A stretch of DNA of 64,000 bases, from assembly GCA_951406725.2 (NCBI GenBank), contig OX597824.1, positions 43,462,001 through 43,526,000 on the forward strand. The letters run 5' to 3'. Shown piece by piece: positions 24,961 through 40,071 of this stretch. The notes below the pieces were generated by a model, which saw nothing but the letters and a program-made list of their open reading frames with translations, was not told the origin of the DNA and did not search any database. The stretch comes from Octopus vulgaris. Taxonomy: Eukaryota. Position 1 is the first letter of the stretch. Each line of letters begins with the position of its first letter. Made by a program: the position numbers and the translations under genes.

Positions 24961-25718
24961 CCAAACCTGTTTGGAAATGATTCACATTCGTGTGTGTCCG
25001 TTCACACGCATGTGTTTGTATCCGCGAGTGTATGTGTGCGCGCGAGTGTATGTGTGTGTGTGTGTGTATGTGTGTGTGTGTACCTGTGAGTCTGTGTGTG
25101 CACACGTTATCGAGTGATACCTGGTGTATATTTATGCAATCTGATATGAAGATCATTCTCCTCTTTTTCTATATTGTCTCTGATGAGAACTTTGATGAGA
25201 ACTTGTAACTATTAGTTTCTAAAACATACACAACTGTCGAACAACATATATATATATATGCACCCACACACACTCACATACATATATACATTAAAAAATA
25301 TATATTTATACATATAGATACGTATGAAGCATGTAATATATAGTATATATCACAATGTATGTTGTATATATGCGTACTTGTATAAAGAAATGTAAATTCT
25401 GCATCGAGTTTTCCCCACCCCCATCTTACGTCAAAACGTTAACATAGCCATTCGAATAAAATAAGTTCCAGACTGAAGTAAATCTCCTGGTCGATATGAT
25501 CGATTAAAGCCATTGAAGGCTAAGTCACAACATGGCTGCAGTCAAATGTCTCAAACCAGTAAAGAATAATGTATACGTGTATACATATTTTTGAGTGAAT
25601 GTTTGTGTGTGTATATGTGTGATTTATTTATGTGTGTACGCGTTTTGTGTATATATATATGATATACATTTTCACAAATGTGTACGTGTCTGTGTGTGTA
25701 AGCATTTATGTACGTATG

Positions 25719-25752
<34 letters not shown>

Positions 25753-26419
25753 TGTATGTATGTATGTATGTGTGTGTGTGTGTGTATAATGTATGTATGT
25801 ATGTATGTATGTATGTGTGCACGCATGCAATGAATTGGCTAACTCATTCCAGCGTCGAATAGAATGCTTTGCGATGTCACTTCACGTTCTCAGTTCAAAT
25901 GTTATTGAGATCTACATTGCTTTTCATTGTTTCCACATCGAAATAAAGTGGCGCTCGATGGTAGTTAAATAGAAATGTAAAAAACCACAAAGCCAGAATT
26001 GATGTCGAAAGGTATCACTGCTGGCTTTTTTAGTTCTGATTTCAAATCCCGCTCAGATTATCAAAAAGAAGGCTTCAATATGGGCCAAATTGGCTTCCCA
26101 CTCCATCGTTTCAACACTCGTACCATGGATACAGAGATTTTGCAATTTCATACCGTGGGAAGTGAACTTGCGATTTTTTCCACACTAATCAAACTCACTA
26201 ACGAATAGTCACTGGGGTCTAGAAGCCTTGGGAAAGAAGAGACACGGCAAATAAAGAGGGGTTTAATATACTAAATAAAAATGTGTTTCATGTATATTAG
26301 TTATATATTTTTATGTAATAAGTGTGTGCGTGCATTTGTGTGTAATATCATGCGGACTGAAAAAAATTTAATTAGGTCAGTCATAGAATAAGGTAGTTGA
26401 TCACGTATTCAATAAAATC

Positions 26420-26960
26420 ACTTCTATACACGTCTTCCTTCAAAACTATTGTTTTACACATTTTAAAGCCAATAGATATTTACTTAGATAACGAAATTCG
26501 CTGCACAACTGAAGTAAGAAAAACTATAGATACGTACAAACAAACCGAATGCAATTACACACACACATATCTGTATATATATAAACACAAACATATATGC
26601 ACATTCGAGAATATGTGTGTGTGTGGAAAGAGCGAGAAAGAGTGAACGTGAAAGAGAAGGTGCGAAGGAGAGGATAAGAGAGAGAGGGTGAAAGATAGAA
26701 CGAGAGAGAGAGAGAGAGAGACTAATGTTAATATGAAAAAATTCACTGAGAATGAAAAAAGAAACCTAACAGAGATTCAAACAATATTATGCGCTTGGAA
26801 GTCAAGGAGAAACCATAGGAGAATGTTAAGATAATGGATAGGGTACGAGTTGCAAAATGAGACAAAAACACTTCTATGCACATCTTTCTTCAAAACTATT
26901 CTTTTCAGATTTTAAAGGCAATAAATATTTATTTAAATAACGAGATACATTGCACAACTG
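26420..26960 (+). repeat. Diverged local direct duplication (~26419-26512 vs ~26869-26960)
   Basis: cacttctat.cac.tctt.cttcaaaactatt.tttt..attttaaag.caata.atattta.tta.ataacga.at...tgcacaactg is present twice. Confidence 0.85.
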
Positions 26961-27619
26961 GAAAGGCTAAATTAAGAATACACCAATATCTGGATTTCGG
27001 TAGACTATAATTTATTAAAATAGTAAGAAAAACTTGAATACATTTCACACACTTGACATTAAGCTTGCAGTACAGACTGCGGTCATTTCAACTCATCGCA
27101 AAAATGGAAGCTTCCAGAACCACTATGTTCATACCTAACCAAATATATGTGCATTTATGTACTACAATCGACATTTCTTGTTTCAACTAAGAACCGAAAA
27201 AAGTATCCATGTAAATGTAATTAATGGATTTGCATATACAATAAAACGATCATATTTTATATAGATTTTTATACTAACAGTTTCGCGATTTTGTAAAATT
27301 ATACAGTTAGCTGTATTATATAAATAAGTATCTTGTTTATGTGATGCACGCAAGCGACTAAATATTTGGGTGATTGTGTTTAAATATATTTATGTAAATG
27401 TTATGTGTGTGCGTTTGTGTGCGTATGTGTGTTTATGTGTGTGTGTGTGTACATGCTTGTATATATGTGTATAAATATATGTATACATAAGTGCGGGCGT
27501 GACCGTGTGATCAGAAGCTTCCTTCAACCATGTGGTCTGGACATGACTTCAGTCCCACTGTACGGTACCTTCGGAAAATGTCATCCATTATAGCCCTACA
27601 CACACATACACACACACAC

Positions 27620-27669
<50 letters not shown>

Positions 27670-27830
27670 AAATAAAGAAAACATTTCACTAAACACTGGA
27701 ATTTCTACATTTTAAGTAGGTTGTTACATCCTTGGTATTTATGTGAATTTTTTGCTACCTTGGTAACTTTTTATTTATTTTTCCGTGTTATTTGTACCTA
27801 TTGAAAAGATACAAACACACACACACACAC

Positions 27831-27872
<42 letters not shown>

Positions 27873-27923
27873 TGTATATACGAATAAATATGTTTATATA
27901 TGTATACATATATATATATATGC

Positions 27924-27970
<47 letters not shown>

Positions 27971-28169
27971 GATTGATATATGTATAATATGTATAAAGTA
28001 TGTCTATATGTATACAAACACATTTATATATGTATACATCTGTGTATATATATATATGTGTATTCATATATATATACTTGCACATATATACATATATGCA
28101 TATATCCAGCTGTAGATACGTATATATGCATCTACGTGTGGGCAGCTATACATACATATATATGCAGGT

Positions 28170-28510
28170 ATACGAGTATCATTCCGGAAGTTTTGAGGGG
28201 TTTTCATTTGAGGCATCTATTAATTTCAAAGAAGTACAAAACCTTTCAAAGTAGGATCCTCTGACTTCAATGCACTTATTTTAGAGCTTCAACCTCTTTG
28301 TGAAGGCCCCATGATAGTCCTCCAAAGTGAAAGTGCCCAGGAACCTTGTCCATCTTATCAAGGTCTTCAAAACGACTGCCCCAAGGTTCTTCTACAGTGT
28401 GGGAAAATCTAGATCTAAACCATACGTAGAAAAATTTGGAAAATAGGGGGTGAGGAACAGTTGTGATACTCAACCCTGTCAAGTAGTTGATCACCAAGAT
28501 AGAATTTGAA
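28170..28510 (-). mobile_element. Mariner transposon 3' fragment
   Basis: Minus translation VINYLTGLSITTVPHPLFS..FP.L...TFTLEDYHGAFTKRL..NKCIEVRGSYFE (HPPYSPDL and CIxxxGxYFE motifs). A TIR-like tacgag lies at 28170. Confidence 0.85.
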
Positions 28511-28998
28511 AAATGGTATTTAGAAAGATGTGTTCAAAGTTCTGTTACAGCCGATTCCTTCAATCTGGAATAAAAAAGTGGGCCGGTCAGTTTACTTTAT
28601 GTATAATAATGATATACTAAAATTACAAAAAACCTTAGACAGTTTTAACTGCCACCCCTAAAACAAGATTGAAAACTTCTGGCATTGCACCTCGCAGTGG
28701 GGGTATATTTGTGTCTGTGTTTGGTACATGCAGGCACATTTCATATGCACTGAATCAAACCTATAGACTAATAAACACAAAATTACGACTGAACAATAAC
28801 GGGGTATATATATTGTATTTACGGATCGAGGTTCATACCATTGCGGAGTTCAGACGTGAAACTCAAGTGGTGTGCCACTGACATCCTCTTTACATACACT
28901 ACAAACTCCCTAACGTTTAGTAAATATTACCTTCTTCTTAAGATAGTAACCAAGAATATTTTTGAATATGTTTATGAGCAGTTATATTTGTGTGTGTG

Positions 28999-29030
<32 letters not shown>

Positions 29031-29090
29031 TTTGTATATGTATATATGTATGCTGTAGGTATATACATATGTATGTGCGTATGTATGTAT

Positions 29091-29232
29091 GTAGGTAGGT
29101 AGGTAGGTAGGTAGGTAGGTAGGTAGGTAGGTAGGTAGGTAGGTAGGTAGGTAAGTAGGTAGGTAGGTAGGTAGGTAGGTAGGTAGGTAGGTAGGTAGGT
29201 AGGTAGGTAGGTAGGTAGGTAGGTAGGTAGGT
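29091..29232 (+). repeat. (GGTA)n microsatellite
   Basis: Directly visible. Confidence 0.98.
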
Positions 29233-29259
29233 ATGCATGTCCATCACTGAACTAAAAGC

Positions 29260-30900
29260 GTTACCTGATGAAGCATTTTATGTTATCGGGATATCATTAC
29301 TCACTGAAGATGGTTTGAGACCAAAACATTTTAGAAGAAATTTGCTCATAAACTGCGCCTTTTTCATGCTTAAGCTTTCCCTGATATTGTTCAAGATATC
29401 GATTGCACATGTAGTAAAAATGTTGTGTCGTAATTTCGTTTTCCGTTGTGTGTTCGAATTTTAAGGGTTTCCATCGAGTAGTGTTCTAAATTTAGATGGG
29501 TTTTATATGCGTTTCTAGCAATATTTGTGGAATTGTTGTTATAGTTTCACATTACACAAATGACCTAGCAAAAGTTCTGATAAAATGTAGACTGAGTGCT
29601 TCGAAGGGATCTCGGTAAGCAAAGCCTGTCATACCACCTATATATTTATTGTAATTGTTTTCTGAGATGCTTAATTCTCGTGATATTTTGTTTGATATGG
29701 AGAGGTTACATGCATTAAATGTCTGTGTGATACAGAGCAGTTGTAGAGATTATTTGAATGATGACCTCTAGATCTCTGAACTGGAATGATCTATGGATTC
29801 AAAGCTCATTGCTATGTTGACCCCATTTTGACTTTTACTGGGCTTAAGAAGATACTGTCAACACAATTTGAGTTCCTCTTACAAGGAAGCACTTAGAGCA
29901 GTGAAATTATTTTCGAAGGTTTCCAATGGGAGATTGATTTCCGCTTTTTATTTTTCTTCTTTTTATTTTCAAAAGAACGCTGTTATAGGCTCTGTCTAAG
30001 ATAAGTTATATGTCGTCTACGTTTTTGGCCTCTCCCAAAATGTATAAAATGCTGTCCAAAGTCATGTGGAAGCTGTGTTAAGCTCTCTACACCTCTTCAA
30101 AAGCAATGCTAGTCAGGATTTTGATGTTTTTTGCATTCCATGAAGTTAATTATTTTTGATCTCACCAAGTCTTAAATAATTTCATGAGATGAAAATGTAT
30201 GCGAGATGAGTTAATAGTTTACAGCAAACAGCATTTTTTCTTTTTGAAAATGTGGATGGCAGTCTACAATGAGAAATATTCGAGTATACAGCTCATGTTA
30301 CACAGTCTTATCCAGAAACTATCAAACTATAGTGTGTTCTCGTCCAAAACTCCAGAGGTGAATTCATCAGAGCCTGCTGATGAACTGAGCTTTTTTTTTT
30401 TTATTTACCATGCCCATTGTGCCGAAATTCATGTCAAACTGTACATGTTAGAGATTGTCTTTAATGATACGGCCTCGGCCTCAACTTCACTGAAGTCGCT
30501 AGAGATTGTTTTTATAAAGAACGTCTTCCATTTCTTTGTTATGATTGTAGAGAATGCTGTTTTCATCAATCATTTTATCAATAAGTGAAATAACGGCCAT
30601 ATACATTTTGTAAATGCGTACAACGCTATAGGTACTGTTTAAATTTCTCACAGACTCAGTCCGAAGTTCCTTTGAGTGCTGATAGAAAGATATTTTTTTT
30701 AGATTTCAGAGTTGTTGCTATCGATCTCGACAGCTACTGGTAGTATTTTAGTTGATTAATTATCTTTGTTTAATCTTTGGATTTTCTAAAGGGGCCTTTT
30801 ATTCTCCTGGATCTTCTATTTTATTTTACAAGTTACGTTGGGGTGTAGTTTAAGCATATATTGGGGAATATTTATTCAACCGTCTGCCATTTCTCTTTGA
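29260..30900 (-). mobile_element. Possible highly decayed Penelope-like relic
   Basis: Only scattered hints: VQFDMNF (~30440, minus), KCFL(C)KEELKL (~29890, minus) and a degenerate hammerhead-like motif at 29304 on the plus strand. Weak. Confidence 0.3.
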
Positions 30901-31620
30901 TTTCAGAAGAAGTATGTATGAAAAACCCGTGATGTTAGTTAATCTACAATTACTCCCTAGTCTGCTTTGTCGGATAGGTATGCTGAAGTTAGTGATCCTG
31001 GCTTATTCTGGGAATATTAGAAACTAAAATTATAGATTACCATGTGGAAGACCGAGAGAAAAGTTTTATCATCTGAGATGTTATGAGTAGCACTGGAGTG
31101 TTTACTGTACACTAGGTAAATAAAAAACTGTTGTGTTGTGTCCTATTGGCTCAAGTACGAATTGTGACACGAAAGAAACTCATCCATAAAGTTAAACAGG
31201 CACTGAAATTAGTTGATTTCAAAATACATGTGAGTTAATTCCATCCAGATTGAAATATACAATCATTAATCCACTTGCAATCTGACCTTTTCTTAATGAA
31301 GGATTTGGATGAGTTGATGCATACATGGAAGCATATCAAGCGACACTAGAGGTGGCCTGTTGAGCCCAATTATAGTTAGGTCATGAAATTTGATTGCATA
31401 CAGACACAGATTCACAATAACCATTAACAAGTAACAAATGATTTGCATCTTCAGAACTGAAATTATGAGGGAAACGGCGGTTTCTCCCTTTGCTCGAAAT
31501 GGACATCCTATGCGAACGGTTGTATAATCTTTAACTTTGGTATCATATTTTGGTATTGAGTCTCCTCATCAGCAAAACTATTGTTCTTATTCTTAGTCTT
31601 TCTTTAAAATAACAACAAAA

Positions 31621-31756
<136 letters not shown>

Positions 31757-31913
31757 GTAGACAGATACATAAATAGATAGATGTATAGGCGTGCGTGTGT
31801 GCAAAACTATATACGAAAAATATATAGGTATATATGTGTGTATGTGTATATAAACATGTAATTGCATGTATGTACATATATGTATGTATGCATGTATATA
31901 TATGTATATAAGT

Positions 31914-31944
<31 letters not shown>

Positions 31945-32033
31945 GAATATATATATGCATAACTATATGTATGTATATATATGTATACATATATATATGT
32001 GTGTGGATATATATATATGTATGCATATATATA

Positions 32034-32069
<36 letters not shown>

Positions 32070-32076
32070 GCATATC

Positions 32077-32189
<113 letters not shown>

Positions 32190-33855
32190 TATATATTGAT
32201 ACAGATATGTGTATGTATTTATATACTGTATATATATATATACATATGTGTATATATCGATGATGGAGATATATGAAGTTTATAAGTTTGGGTGTTCTTT
32301 ACTGAATTCTTCAGAACTCTTGGAGAACAGTTATCATTCTTAATATATGTTGGAAAATAAGGTGGAAGAATAATAAAGTTTGGGCCAGAAATGACGGAAC
32401 GCTGGTAATATTGGAGAGCACAGAATTAATTTCTTTTCGAAACAAGACCGTTAACTTCCATTCAGCGTCAACTATGGTGGCAAGAAGAAACTCTTTCAAT
32501 ATATCAGTTGAGCAAGGGTTGCATATTAATGTACAGCATGTCTAGAGTTTCTTAAAACTCCATTTTGTTCAGCTTAACTGTTCTTGATTTGCTCAAATGG
32601 TACCTAACTTTCCTAATATGGAATCAGATGGTGTAGGTCTATCAACAAATTCGCAGTATTTCGAATAGGCAGTGCAAATGGTATCCATTATGATTTTGCC
32701 AACCTTTTGTAAACAGTTTGCATATTTCTAGCATACTGCAAATTTGTTAGAATATCGGCTCTGTAAACCCGCAGTTTTGTCTGCAATTATTCGTTACGTT
32801 TTTTTCCTTAGGCTACGGCTAGCCATAATATTCATCAGATATAATAGAAATACTAAATATCAAACGATAGCGAAACACGAGTGCTAATTCGTCTCTCATT
32901 TCCAATTTCACTCTCTAAGCAACGTATACAATTGCACACAAAAAAGTGAACTAGTTTACATCACTGGATACAAACGAAGTCCCAGTTATTATATCAGAGA
33001 CACGTAACCGGTATCTTATGCTTTATGTAATATACACGAATTACAGTAAACCGACTACTGTTATTACGTAAGCCGGTTGGCCCTATTACACAGCACAATG
33101 CAGTCGACACACTTCATCAGTATTTTCAGCAAAAATACAACTCAATGGAAATTATATAAGACATAAAATACTATCTACGTTTTATGTGTCCAGCCTTTTT
33201 CTGTATTGTGGTTCATATTCCGTACATTAACCTAACCGAAGCTATTATGGTTGTTCTCAAACAGCGTCGTACATAGGAGTGGAGTGTGGAACATTTCTAC
33301 TGAGCTCAAACATTTTGGTAACGTGATGCGCCATCCAGTGCACCTTTTAAACCATATGCGTGTAATCATATACGTGTATGTGTTTGTGTGTGTGTGTGTT
33401 AAGGAGAGAGTGAGAGAGAGAGAGAAATTCGAAGGTAAAAGAGGGAAATATGTTCTTAGTAACACTGCTGATGGTTGAATAAAGAGGAGCTTTATATATT
33501 TATCAATAGTTCTACTTCTGTTTCTGAATCATATCATTGTGGCTATTTTGCAGCAGGATATGTTGCTATTAATGCATCTAAACAGATGTGTTCGGGTGTG
33601 GTAGCTATATGTTGTGCGTCTGTTTGTGCATGCACACATTTATATTTATGTTGTGAGAGGTAGAGAGTAAGACAGAGAAAGAGGATCTGTGTACGTGTCA
33701 GTGAGAGTGCATTTTTTTGTACCTGTCTGTATTATACTGTAGGGTACATGTTAGACAAACAAACAGACAGACAGACAGACATGCAGGCATACAGACATGC
33801 ATGCAGGCAGGCATACAATGAGTCTGACAGACATGCAAGCAAGCGGACAGACAGG

Positions 33856-33934
<79 letters not shown>

Positions 33935-35329
33935 GCAGGCAGACATATACATTGCTTGATCAATGAATATGCAGCCAGTTATATAGATAGCTAATGATAG
34001 AGGAGTGAATGTGTAAGTAAAAGAGTATGAACGAGAGAGAAGGTGGGTGGTTTCTTAAAAAATAAATAATCAATATACATAGCAGCAGACAGCAATACCA
34101 AGTTTTCAGTAAATGAGTGAACGAACAATTGACTGAATGAGTGAGTGAATGAAAGCTAGTTTCAACGTCAGTGAAATTTACAGTTGAGCAACTGTCTTAT
34201 AAACTAGTCGTTATTAAACTGTGGGTCGCGATTCACCATAAGATCGAGGAACTTTCACGGAGAATAATAAAATTTGTTCGTTTTTTTATAAAAACTTTTT
34301 GTTTATAAAATTATTTACTTAAACAATAGGCCCAAGAAAATTTGTCTATATAATATAAAGGTGGCAAAATCAGAAGAACAAATTAACTGTTAAATGGACT
34401 AACCTTGTTCTGTTATTGTTCAGTTTTGATTCTGTACTCGCATCCTACACTGAGAGTATCGACTTCTAAGGCCTGCCATATATTGCAGAAATATTTTTCC
34501 TGTAATCAATAGTTATTTTGATTAGTAATACTCAATAATTGCTATATTTTTTATCCAGAATCATTTTATATGTTTAGTATAATTATATTATAATTATTTG
34601 TAGCATACTTGGTATTATGGCTCGGCACAGTTGCCATCTTGTGTCATATTATGTTCAGTCGTGAATTTAAGAGAAGGTAGTGAATGTTTTCAAAGACATA
34701 CATACAATGTACGTTTAGAAACATGATTTTGATTTCTCTATCTGAAAGCAAATTATATATAGACAATGAACTGTGTCGCAATAGTGGATACTTTTTGAGA
34801 TACTTCGATTTTATCAAGGCAGGGGTTTATTTTGTGAGATCAAGAAATAAGGATACAATTCTTTTCTGTTTTCTGTCTAAAATAACGTTAACTGAATTCA
34901 AAGCATATAAATATAAAGTTTTAATGTTTTAATTTCTACTTCATAATGCATTTTAAGTACGTATAAATTCATCGTAACTAATTTACATCAGTTGTTAAGA
35001 TGTTTTACAGTTATTTTCAAAACATTAGTTAAATTCTTTCATTAAATGAAATTGAAAATATTTCCCCATTGCTAAATGGTTAGAAAATAATGCTGATATA
35101 TAAGTTACCACAGAACTTTGATGCAGCAAATACGAACTAATAAGGGACTGAAATACTCCTGTACAGAAATGCGAGAAATTACCAAAAATGTATCTACAAT
35201 ACGAATGGCTCCACAATATGAGCAACACGATTGGTCCCACAATATGAAGAGAATCGTTCAGAATCCATTTTGCTAAATCTTTAAGGAATATTAGGTGAAT
35301 GGAAGAATGAAGCCTACTAAATTAAAAGG

Positions 35330-35950
35330 ACACCCTAGTACAAGACATGCTTCCTATACAGATTTATTTATTTATTTATTTATTGAAAACTGTCCAAAAC
35401 TTCAAAAGTATAAAACCAAGTCTTTTTTTAAAATACGAAAAGGCTTCAAAATCTGAGAAACTATATGCTATTGGCGATAAAACGCTATGCTGACAAAAGA
35501 AAGCAAAATCCCATTGTCAAACGATGAGGAATGGGAAAGAATTGCAAAAATTAGCAATACTTGAATCGCACAATTCATTGAAAAATTGACGGAAATAATG
35601 AATGCGCTATTCAGCTGGCCAACATGGCCGACGTTATAAATACAACCGAGCTATTATCAGATATTTGTATGGTGTCCGAGTTAAAAACTTTACTACACAC
35701 GAAAGTGCGACAGCTGGATAGTTGTCAAACTGATGAGCTTTGAGACGACTTCAAAAATAAAATGATGTTTTTATTAGAGAAACCTTTAATAACGAGAATT
35801 ATCTCTAAATTGTCTCTAAATGGGGAGAGCTCAAACGCTTTACCTTTGATAAGCACAAATGAAGTGCTCTGAAAAAATTCTTTTTGGAAACATGGAGTAC
35901 AAAATGATGATTTGAAATGCTTTCATATACTAATGATTTTGTGAATTTAT
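35330..35950 (+). mobile_element. Decayed hAT (Buster/Charlie-like) transposase fragment
   Basis: KIPLSND (~35505) and ECAIQLANMADVINTTEL (~35600) resemble the IPLSNxTV and FAIQLDESTDxxxxAQL motifs of Buster-type transposases. Confidence 0.6.
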
Positions 35951-38900
35951 TTCACTTTAAGTTCGATTATAATCGAGTATTTGGAATGTACAAAAATGCC
36001 GCAATTTTTATTATTATTATTACTAGACATAAACAAATGTAAATGAGATTGGAAACGTGTGAAACATCTTTCTTTGAATGTTCAAAAAGAATTTGTTTGG
36101 GCTATCATGCGCTTCAAGTCTCCAAATTGAATTTTGTTCACATTTTCACAAACCTCGGCAGCGCCCTTTCAGGAATCATCCGTATCCAGAGTAAATTCCA
36201 TGGAAATTCTACCAAAATTACCTCCATGTGCCAACAAGGAGAATCTTGCAAGTTACCGTTAGGTATGTTAGAAACGGTAGCCAAATTTCCTTAAAATCAC
36301 AACTTACCATTCCAACTGATCAAGTTTGCCAGTTGAAACGCTTCTGGAACGCAATCGGAGTGACTGGGAGGGGACTACACACCAACAACTCTATAACTAG
36401 ATACCTTAACTTTTCCTTTCCTTCAACTTCACTACCATTATTTGACTTCCTACCTTTCTGCTGACTCATCTGCCGAGACCCACTTTATTGAATAATCCAC
36501 TGATTTCTCCGTCATCTTGCGTGCCAACAATATTGACATATTGACAACTCTGGAGTTTCTTACAAACAATATATTATGTATTGCTTGTTGTGTACGGTGT
36601 AGGGCAAATATATTAGCGGTTTAATTTTGATTAACAATGACCCAGTTGTTGTGGTTATTGTTGTTTCTGCTGCTGCAGTTGTTGTTGTTGATGCTGCTGC
36701 TGATGATGATTTGGTGTTGTTGTTGTTGTTGCTTAAGTCCATGCCAATCCTGACTGAGCTCAGTCACTTCAACTATAGCTATCCAATACTTTTTCTAACA
36801 TATATTTCGAATTATATGAGCCAATGCGTCATTGTTTAATACATAGTAATATAATTTGGGGGAAATCTAATAGCAATTTTCAACAGCCGACAGACCATGT
36901 TGAAGATCTCATATTAGTTCATAATGAACTAGGGGATCTGATATGCTGTCAATTAACAGCCAATATTATAATAGCAACCTTGTTACTCCGAAAATAGTAT
37001 ATTTGCATTCACTTGTGTTACATCACAGACAAAATATATCAGTTAATTCCTTTCATAGTTTCCTTTGAATTGCTACAATATGGTAACAAAACAAAAACTA
37101 TGTTTTGGAGAGCTGCTTTATTTTTCATTTCGATAGGGACACGAAAATAACATTGCAAGCGAAAGATACCAACCGTCTGAATCAACCATTCTCACAATGT
37201 TCCTCAACTCAGTTCCCCTCTATAGTTATGTGAATAATATTCATTATTCTTAGGCAGTGTTACAACCTCCAATAGGCCACATCTAGCATTATAACGGTGA
37301 ATTTTCCGTGGGTCTCGACGACAAGCGTTTAGGTTTTTAACCAGTTGAATTCCTACTTCTGAAATTAATGTTAAAACAGATGTTTGTGCTACAGACATGT
37401 ATGTCTCTAAGGTAATTTTCAGGTAGAATCTTTGTGACACAAATTGGCAAACTGGATACTTTGATTTAGGGGTATAGTCCAGAAAGAGATAGAGGGAGAC
37501 GGGGGAGAGAAAATCTTGTCCAGTATTATTAGACTGATACTTTATATACTCTGAAAGAGTGAAATGCAAAGTTGATCTGAACTCAGACCTCAGAGAATTA
37601 ACTAATGCTGTAAGGATTCTGCCAATTCTCGATTTTAACATTATAACAACATAGCTTGAGAAACTTTTAAAGTGATACTAAAGTATATTCATAACAATCC
37701 CAAGATTCATCCCTAAATACGCCTATGTTGAGAGCAAACCAGCAAAGAGCCTTTAGCCTACCTCTATATTGACTATGAATTGTAAAATTCTTTCTCTTTT
37801 GACCCAAACGGAGTTAAAAGAAAAACATATGCTTCATTCTGCAGTCAGTTATTCGGGAATAAGAGTCACAGAAATAAGGCAAAATGCCGCATGCCATTGT
37901 TCACGCGGTGGGATTCCAATAGATCTGCTTTTTGTTAAAGACCCCCAAACCTCTTATTCAGCAGCCTTCCTCCAACAATTTCTCTCTAATGATAATAATA
38001 ATGCAGATACCTTCAAATTACATGTTGCTGTTATTACTGTTGTTGCTGTTATTACTATTGTTGCTGTCGTCCTATAAAGGCCAAGATAGCCCTGATCCAG
38101 CAGACCTTCAATCAGAGATTTCCAAACGTAGCTCCCAGTCTTTCAATCTCTTCCATCTTTCATTTCTTTTTTTTTTTCTTTTTAGTTTTCTTTTTCGTCA
38201 GGATATGTATACCACGGACTACATTACCCAATGTGTCTTTTTAGACAATAAAATGTGGTTGACGGGAAACTTTGCTGCCATTACTCGACATAATCTTTTC
38301 CTGTAGGATATTGTGTGAGCACGCGCAGACACGTTTTGTAACTAGTGCACAAAAGAAATCAATCTTCACATAAATGATTAGTTACCTAAAATAATGTGGT
38401 AATTAATGATTAAACTGATTATACATCAATGAGTATATACTTTTATCTCATAAAAACCATTTGTGCAACATAAAATTATGGTGCACACTGATTACTAAAA
38501 ATTAGTTGTATTGCTTGAAAGGTGCTTACTATAACGAAAAGTAACATCGTCATGATCCGAGCTCAGAATGTAAAGAGATGTAACTAAACACCAGAGGAAA
38601 TAGGTTCGATACTTCAATGATTCTTTAATTCACTGCCCTCTTGTCAATGTATCAAAAATACATTCTGATAAGTCTCAGTCATAACAGAAGTACACAACCT
38701 TGCTTCAAATTCTTCATTATTGGTTATGAATACTAAATACTGTATTTGGTGACACCGGTAAACATTTTTCATTAATAGCTTAGTTTTGTCTCAGATTTTA
38801 TTGCAGTAAGTAAATGACTAGTTAGTCATTCTTCCGGGCCTCATGCCTATTTCCGGAGTCTATATGATAAGATTAAGTACGTGTACGTAATTTTACTTAC

Positions 38901-40028
38901 AATCACGTTAAATTTTGTAATGATAATATCCAATGGTAGAGTCGTTAGATGGGCATAGAAAACCTCTTCTGGGATTTAGATACGACCTTTTACATTCTAA
39001 GTTCTGAACATGCCGGTGTCAAGTTCATGTCTTATGCTTTTAGGTCGATAGAATATAATTTAAGAGTTGGGGTTGGCACAGACAGTAGAATATTAGCTTA
39101 AGTGCCTTGCAGTATCTAGATAAGCCCCTTTGTATTTCTGAGGTCAAATTCCACCAAGGCGACACTTTTTTTTCATTTCTCAGCTACCACTGTCATCACC
39201 ATTCAATCTTCATCATCATCATCGTCGTCGTCGTCATCGTCATCATCGGAATATAGAACTTCATTATCAAAATAACTACTAATGCATTAATAATCTGAGC
39301 AACGTCAGTTGTGCTAAATGTACTTCATGGTTAGGTATCTTGTTGCTTTGTTACTGTTGTTGTTTCTCGATCGAAGAAGCGGGGAAACTTGGTTTTGTTT
39401 AGTCCAAGCCGCAACCATCTTGACTTAGTATATTAAGTACTGTATATTTACAATGTTTCCTTTCAGTTTTTAAGACAGTAAAATGAAATTTGCGGGAGAA
39501 TTGGACGTAATTTTTTGGCATATCAAATGACCACGTTGAAGTCTCCATGCCAACACGTTATTGGGATATTTGCATTGTCGCTTAGCATGGGGATCAGTCT
39601 TAATTGAGTAGATCAGTGGTTAGAGGCAATTCATCGATGACCACTGCATCTTTTTTCTCTGAACAAGGAATCCATAATCTTGGCCATATTATCCGATATA
39701 ATATTTTCTAAGGTGGGTGGGTGTGTTTTGAGGAAGATTTGCCTGCTGTTTCTAACAGGTCGAATAACAAAATAGAGCCACCTGCTTTGCTACTGGTAGA
39801 TTAATTTGTTGATACTATTGTTAAACAATACAAGTTATATGAAATAAAATAAGAAAATTAATGGCCCAAAATTTGCTCAGAACACAGCATTTTCACGTGC
39901 ATTTCACCACACAATCGCACAGGGAAGCATGCGCAATCATGTTTAGAGAAATATACGCGCGCGTGCACATACATGCACGGGTTGACATTTGAAATATTTT
40001 CTTATCTCACTTCCTCTACTCTTTTCTT

Positions 40029-40071
<43 letters not shown>

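Noticed and set aside
36043-36560. Overlapping 83-aa and 78-aa ORFs
   Set aside because: There is no recognisable domain or splice context; possibly an old TE fragment, but unsupported.
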